Below, piece by piece: positions 60,698 through 64,000 of a stretch of DNA of 64,000 bases. The translations under genes and the position numbers were made by a program. Within the stretch, counting starts at the first letter, position 1, and every line of letters starts with the position of its first letter. The notes under the pieces are model-generated. The model was not told the DNA's origin and searched no databases. It saw only the letters and a list, made by a program, of their open reading frames with translations. The DNA is from an uncultured delta proteobacterium (GTDB lineage: Bacteria; Myxococcota_A; UBA9160; UBA4427), in NCBI GenBank assembly GCA_963822965.1, contig CAWGJT010000005.1, positions 1,184,001-1,248,000 on the forward strand, read 5' to 3'.

Positions 60698-61849
60698 GTG
60701 ACTTCTTTGGCCGACTATCGCGCGGAGCTCCACGCGTGGCTCGACACGAATCACGCGGAGCTCGCGCCCCGCTACGGGCCGCCCGGCACCCTCGACGACC
60801 ACGTCGCCCAGATGCAGCGCGTGAAGGGGCTGCTCTACCAGGCAGGCTGGATGCAGTGGGGCTGGCCCGAGCGGGTGGGCGGGCGCGGAGGTCCGCCGAT
60901 GATGCGCACCGAGCTCGGCGCGGCACTGGCAGCGCGCGATCTCGCCGACCCGGGTCTGTTCTCGCTGATCGAGGTACTGGCCCCCACGCTCATCGACTTC
61001 GCACGGCCGGAGCTGGCCGCCGACGTGGTCCCGCGCCTGCTCTCGGGCGCCGAGATGTGGTGTCAGGGCTTCTCGGAGCCGGACGCAGGCAGCGACCTCG
61101 CGTCCCTGCGCTGCCGCGCGACTCCGCGCGACGGCGAGGCAGCGACGGCCTCGGAATGGGTGATCCACGGCCAGAAGGTCTGGACCAGTCTCGCCCAGTA
61201 CTCCCAGCGCTGCGTTCTGCTCACGCGCACCGGGCCCGCCGACTCGCGCCATCGCGGCATCACCGCCTTCTTCGTCGACATGGACACGCCGGGCATCAGC
61301 GTGCGACCCATCGAGATGATCAACGGCGAGCAGGAGTTCGCCGAGGTCTTCTTCGACGACGTGGTGATCCCGAACGGTCGGATGCTCGGTGAGCCGGGCG
61401 GCGGCTGGGCGGTCGCCATGAGCATCCTGCCCTATGAGCGCTCCTCGTGCTTCTGGCAGCGCATCGCGTACCTGTACGCCCGGCTCCAGCGGCTCGTCGA
61501 TGCGGTAGAGGCAGACGACCGCAAGGCCGAGGTCGTCGGCAACGCGTACCTCGAGCTCTTCGCCCTGCGAGCGCGCTCGCGCGCGACCCAGCACCGCCTC
61601 GCGGAGACCGGCACCATCGGCGCCGAGACCTCCATCGACAAGGTGCTGGTGGCGAGCACGGAGCAGACCGTCTTCGACGCCGTCCGACGCCTGCTCCCCG
61701 GGACGGTGGAGCTGGACGACGGCGCGGCCGGAGAGCTGTGGCGAAACGAGTACCTCTACTCGCGGGCCTCCACGATCTACGGCGGCAGCGCGGAGGTGCA
61801 GCGCAACATCATTGCGCGGCGGCTCCTCGAGCTCGGGGACGAGGCATGA
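60698..61849 (+). CDS. Acyl-CoA dehydrogenase (full-length subunit)
   Basis: WCQGFSEPDAGSD, GQKVWTS, TIYGGSAEVQRNII. Confidence 0.9.
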   Translation: MTSLADYRAELHAWLDTNHAELAPRYGPPGTLDDHVAQMQRVKGLLYQAGWMQWGWPERVGGRGGPPMMRTELGAALAARDLADPGLFSLIEVLAPTLIDFARPELAADVVPRLLSGAEMWCQGFSEPDAGSDLASLRCRATPRDGEAATASEWVIHGQKVWTSLAQYSQRCVLLTRTGPADSRHRGITAFFVDMDTPGISVRPIEMINGEQEFAEVFFDDVVIPNGRMLGEPGGGWAVAMSILPYERSSCFWQRIAYLYARLQRLVDAVEADDRKAEVVGNAYLELFALRARSRATQHRLAETGTIGAETSIDKVLVASTEQTVFDAVRRLLPGTVELDDGAAGELWRNEYLYSRASTIYGGSAEVQRNIIARRLLELGDEA

Positions 61850-62820
61850 TCGACGCCGACGAGCGCTCCCTGATGGAGGAGACGGTGCACGGCGCGCTTC
61901 GAGGCGCCGTCGCCGACGGGGACGATGTCGATGCGGTCCTCGAGAAGCTCGGCTGGCGCGAGATGCTCCGCGACGAGCCCGACGACGCGATCGCGATCGC
62001 CTTCGACGCACTCGGTCGGACGAACGCCGTGGCCACCGCGCTCGACGACGTGCTCGCCGCGGCACTCGGCCAGGGGCCCCGAGACGACCTCGCCGTCATG
62101 TTGCCGCAGTTCGGCGGCTGGGAGGCCCCCGGGAGAGAGGAAGGCGACTCGGGCGAGATCCACGCAGACGGGCTCGCGACGGTCCGCGCCGCTCGTGCCC
62201 GGGAGCTGCTCGTGGTCTACAGCACGGGCTCGGCGCTGCGGACGGTCGTCGTTCCGGTGGAAGCCACCGAGCTCCGGCGCATCGACGGCGTCGATCCCGA
62301 AGGAGGCCTGCACGCTGTCCGTGTGCGTGCGCGCCTCGAAGGCTCCACCTCCGTCGACTCCGAAGTCTGGTCGAAGACGCTCGCGCTCGGCCGCCGCGCG
62401 GTCTCGTACCAGACCCTCGGTAGCTGCCGGACGATGCTCGAGCTGGCCCGCATCCATGCGCTGGAGCGCGAGCAGTTCGGGGGACCGATTGCGCGCTTCC
62501 AGGCCGTGCGCCACCGCCTCGCGGAGGCGTTGGTCGCGGTCGAGGCCCTCGAGGCCGCGCTCCAGGCGGCCCGCGACGAGGGGGGGCCGGTGACGGCGTC
62601 CCTCGCCAAGGCGGTCGCCGGACGCTCGGCCCGCACGGTGGCGCGCCACGCGCAGCAGGTGCTCGCCGGCATCGGCTTCACGACCGAGCACGCCTTCCAC
62701 CACAGCCTGAAGCGCACGATGGCGCTCGAGGGGCTCTTCGGCTCGGCCGACGCGATCGTCCTCGACATCGGGCGCCGGCTCCTCGCCGAGCGCCGCGTCC
62801 CGACCCTGATCGAGCTCTGA
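61846..62820 (+). CDS. Acyl-CoA dehydrogenase-like short subunit
   Basis: REQFGGPIARFQAVRH, QVLAGIGFTTEH; ATGA overlap. Confidence 0.85.
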   Translation: MIDADERSLMEETVHGALRGAVADGDDVDAVLEKLGWREMLRDEPDDAIAIAFDALGRTNAVATALDDVLAAALGQGPRDDLAVMLPQFGGWEAPGREEGDSGEIHADGLATVRAARARELLVVYSTGSALRTVVVPVEATELRRIDGVDPEGGLHAVRVRARLEGSTSVDSEVWSKTLALGRRAVSYQTLGSCRTMLELARIHALEREQFGGPIARFQAVRHRLAEALVAVEALEAALQAARDEGGPVTASLAKAVAGRSARTVARHAQQVLAGIGFTTEHAFHHSLKRTMALEGLFGSADAIVLDIGRRLLAERRVPTLIEL

Positions 62821-62827
62821 CTACGAG

Positions 62828-63601
62828 CTAGGACCGCTTCAGGAAGCGAGCGACGTTGCTCTGCAGGTCGTCCGTCTCGAACGACTCGGCCTCGGCGGCC
62901 ATTGCGAAGTCGATGGTGGAGAGCACCGCCCGCTCGAGGTGCAGGTTCAGCACGCGCTTGGTGGCCTCCACGGCCTGGCGCGGCAGCCTTGCGATCTTGT
63001 GCGCGGCGGCGAGCGCCGACGCCAGCACCTCGTCGTCGGCGCACACGTGGTTCGCCAGGCCGATCTCCTTCGCACGCGCAGCGGGGATCTTGTCGCCGGT
63101 GAAGGCGTACTCCTTGGCGAGCAGCAGACTCGTGTGGAGTGGCCAGGTGAGCGGCCCGCCGTCGGCCGCGACCAGTCCCACGGCGACATGCGGGTCCGAG
63201 AGGTACGCCGACTCCGCCATGTAGACCACGTCCGAGAGCGCGACGACACTGCAGCCCAGCCCCACGGCTGGGCCATTCACAGCGGCCACCACCGGGACGC
63301 GGCAGCGCAGCATGTTGATCACGAGCTCCCGGCCCTCGGCGATCACGTCGTGGCGCAGCCGGCGGTCCTTCACCATGCGGTCGAGCAGGTCGAAGTCGCC
63401 GCCCGCGGAGAACGCCCGGCCCTCGCCGGTGATCACCGCGACGCGCGCGTCCGCATCGGCCGTGAGCATCGGGAACACGCGCGTGAGACCCAGGTGAAGC
63501 TCGTCGTTGACGGCGTTCAGCTGCTCGGGGCGCGAGAGCCGGACGATGCGAACGGGGCCGTCGGACTCGACGCGGACCGCGTCGGGAAGGTCGTAGGACA
63601 T
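62828..63601 (-). CDS. Enoyl-CoA hydratase/isomerase
   Basis: AFSAGGD, AVNGPAVGLG, DPHVAVGLVAADG. Confidence 0.9.
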   Translation of the reverse strand: MSYDLPDAVRVESDGPVRIVRLSRPEQLNAVNDELHLGLTRVFPMLTADADARVAVITGEGRAFSAGGDFDLLDRMVKDRRLRHDVIAEGRELVINMLRCRVPVVAAVNGPAVGLGCSVVALSDVVYMAESAYLSDPHVAVGLVAADGGPLTWPLHTSLLLAKEYAFTGDKIPAARAKEIGLANHVCADDEVLASALAAAHKIARLPRQAVEATKRVLNLHLERAVLSTIDFAMAAEAESFETDDLQSNVARFLKRS

Positions 63602-63628
63602 GGGGCTCCTCTGCGGTCCTTCGCGCGC

Positions 63629-64000
63629 TCAGCCCGTGGGCAGGCCGAGGATGCGCTGGGCGATGATGTTCTTCTGGATCTGCGAGGTCCCGCCCATCAC
63701 GCTCTGGGCGCGGCTGTACAGGTAGATCTTGAGCGCGACGTCGTCGCCGGAGGTCACGGAGTTCGCCCCCGAGACCGAGAGCGCCGCGGACCCGACGTCC
63801 TGCTCGACCCAGGTCATCAGCAGCTTGTCGATGGAGCCGCCCGGACCGTGGTCGGGCCCGTCGAGGCGCTCGGACAGGCGGCGGCGCACGTGCAGGCGCA
63901 GCATCTCCGCCTGCACCCAGGCCCAGGCCACGGCTTCGCGCTGGTCGCCGTGGAAGGCGCCGGGGTCCTCGCGCACCCGGGCCTCCAGGTCCTTCACCGT
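63629..64000 (-). CDS. Acyl-CoA dehydrogenase, C-terminal part (start beyond window)
   Basis: SVMGGTSQIQKNIIAQRILGLP. Confidence 0.85.
   Translation of the reverse strand, partial: TVKDLEARVREDPGAFHGDQREAVAWAWVQAEMLRLHVRRRLSERLDGPDHGPGGSIDKLLMTWVEQDVGSAALSVSGANSVTSGDDVALKIYLYSRAQSVMGGTSQIQKNIIAQRILGLPTG

Overview
A very GC-rich bacterial chromosome segment. The PEP-CTERM proteins, a CGLG-type sorting tail, wHTH-TPR regulators and an actinobacterial-style lipid catabolism cluster suggest Myxococcota or a related lineage; this placement is inference only. It falls into three zones. (1) 0-21 kb: ArsR regulator plus SRPBCC gene, an MltD-like LysM transglycosylase, and a methyltransferase whose last 76 bp are duplicated 6.9 kb downstream, framing an integrase-less island. 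A flavin oxygenase, a MacAB-type operon, a MITE-interrupted regulator and a secreted hydrolase follow. (2) ~21-44 kb: a mosaic accessory zone of surface proteins, glycosyl- and sulfotransferases and many gene fragments. It is punctuated by three same-orientation copies of a degenerate ~70-90 bp repeat whose core resembles an 11-6-11 Xer/dif site. (3) 44-64 kb: tauD-like gene, hemN, and a TetR-associated catabolic cluster (2 P450s, 2 amidohydrolases, 5 acyl-CoA dehydrogenases, 2 CoA ligases, an enoyl-CoA hydratase, SDRs, a divergent CADD/PqqC-like diiron enzyme). Several otherwise full-length genes carry frameshifts that may be assembly errors. I saw no rRNA, tRNA, CRISPR array or intact integrase/transposase. 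All family calls are by eye, without database searches.
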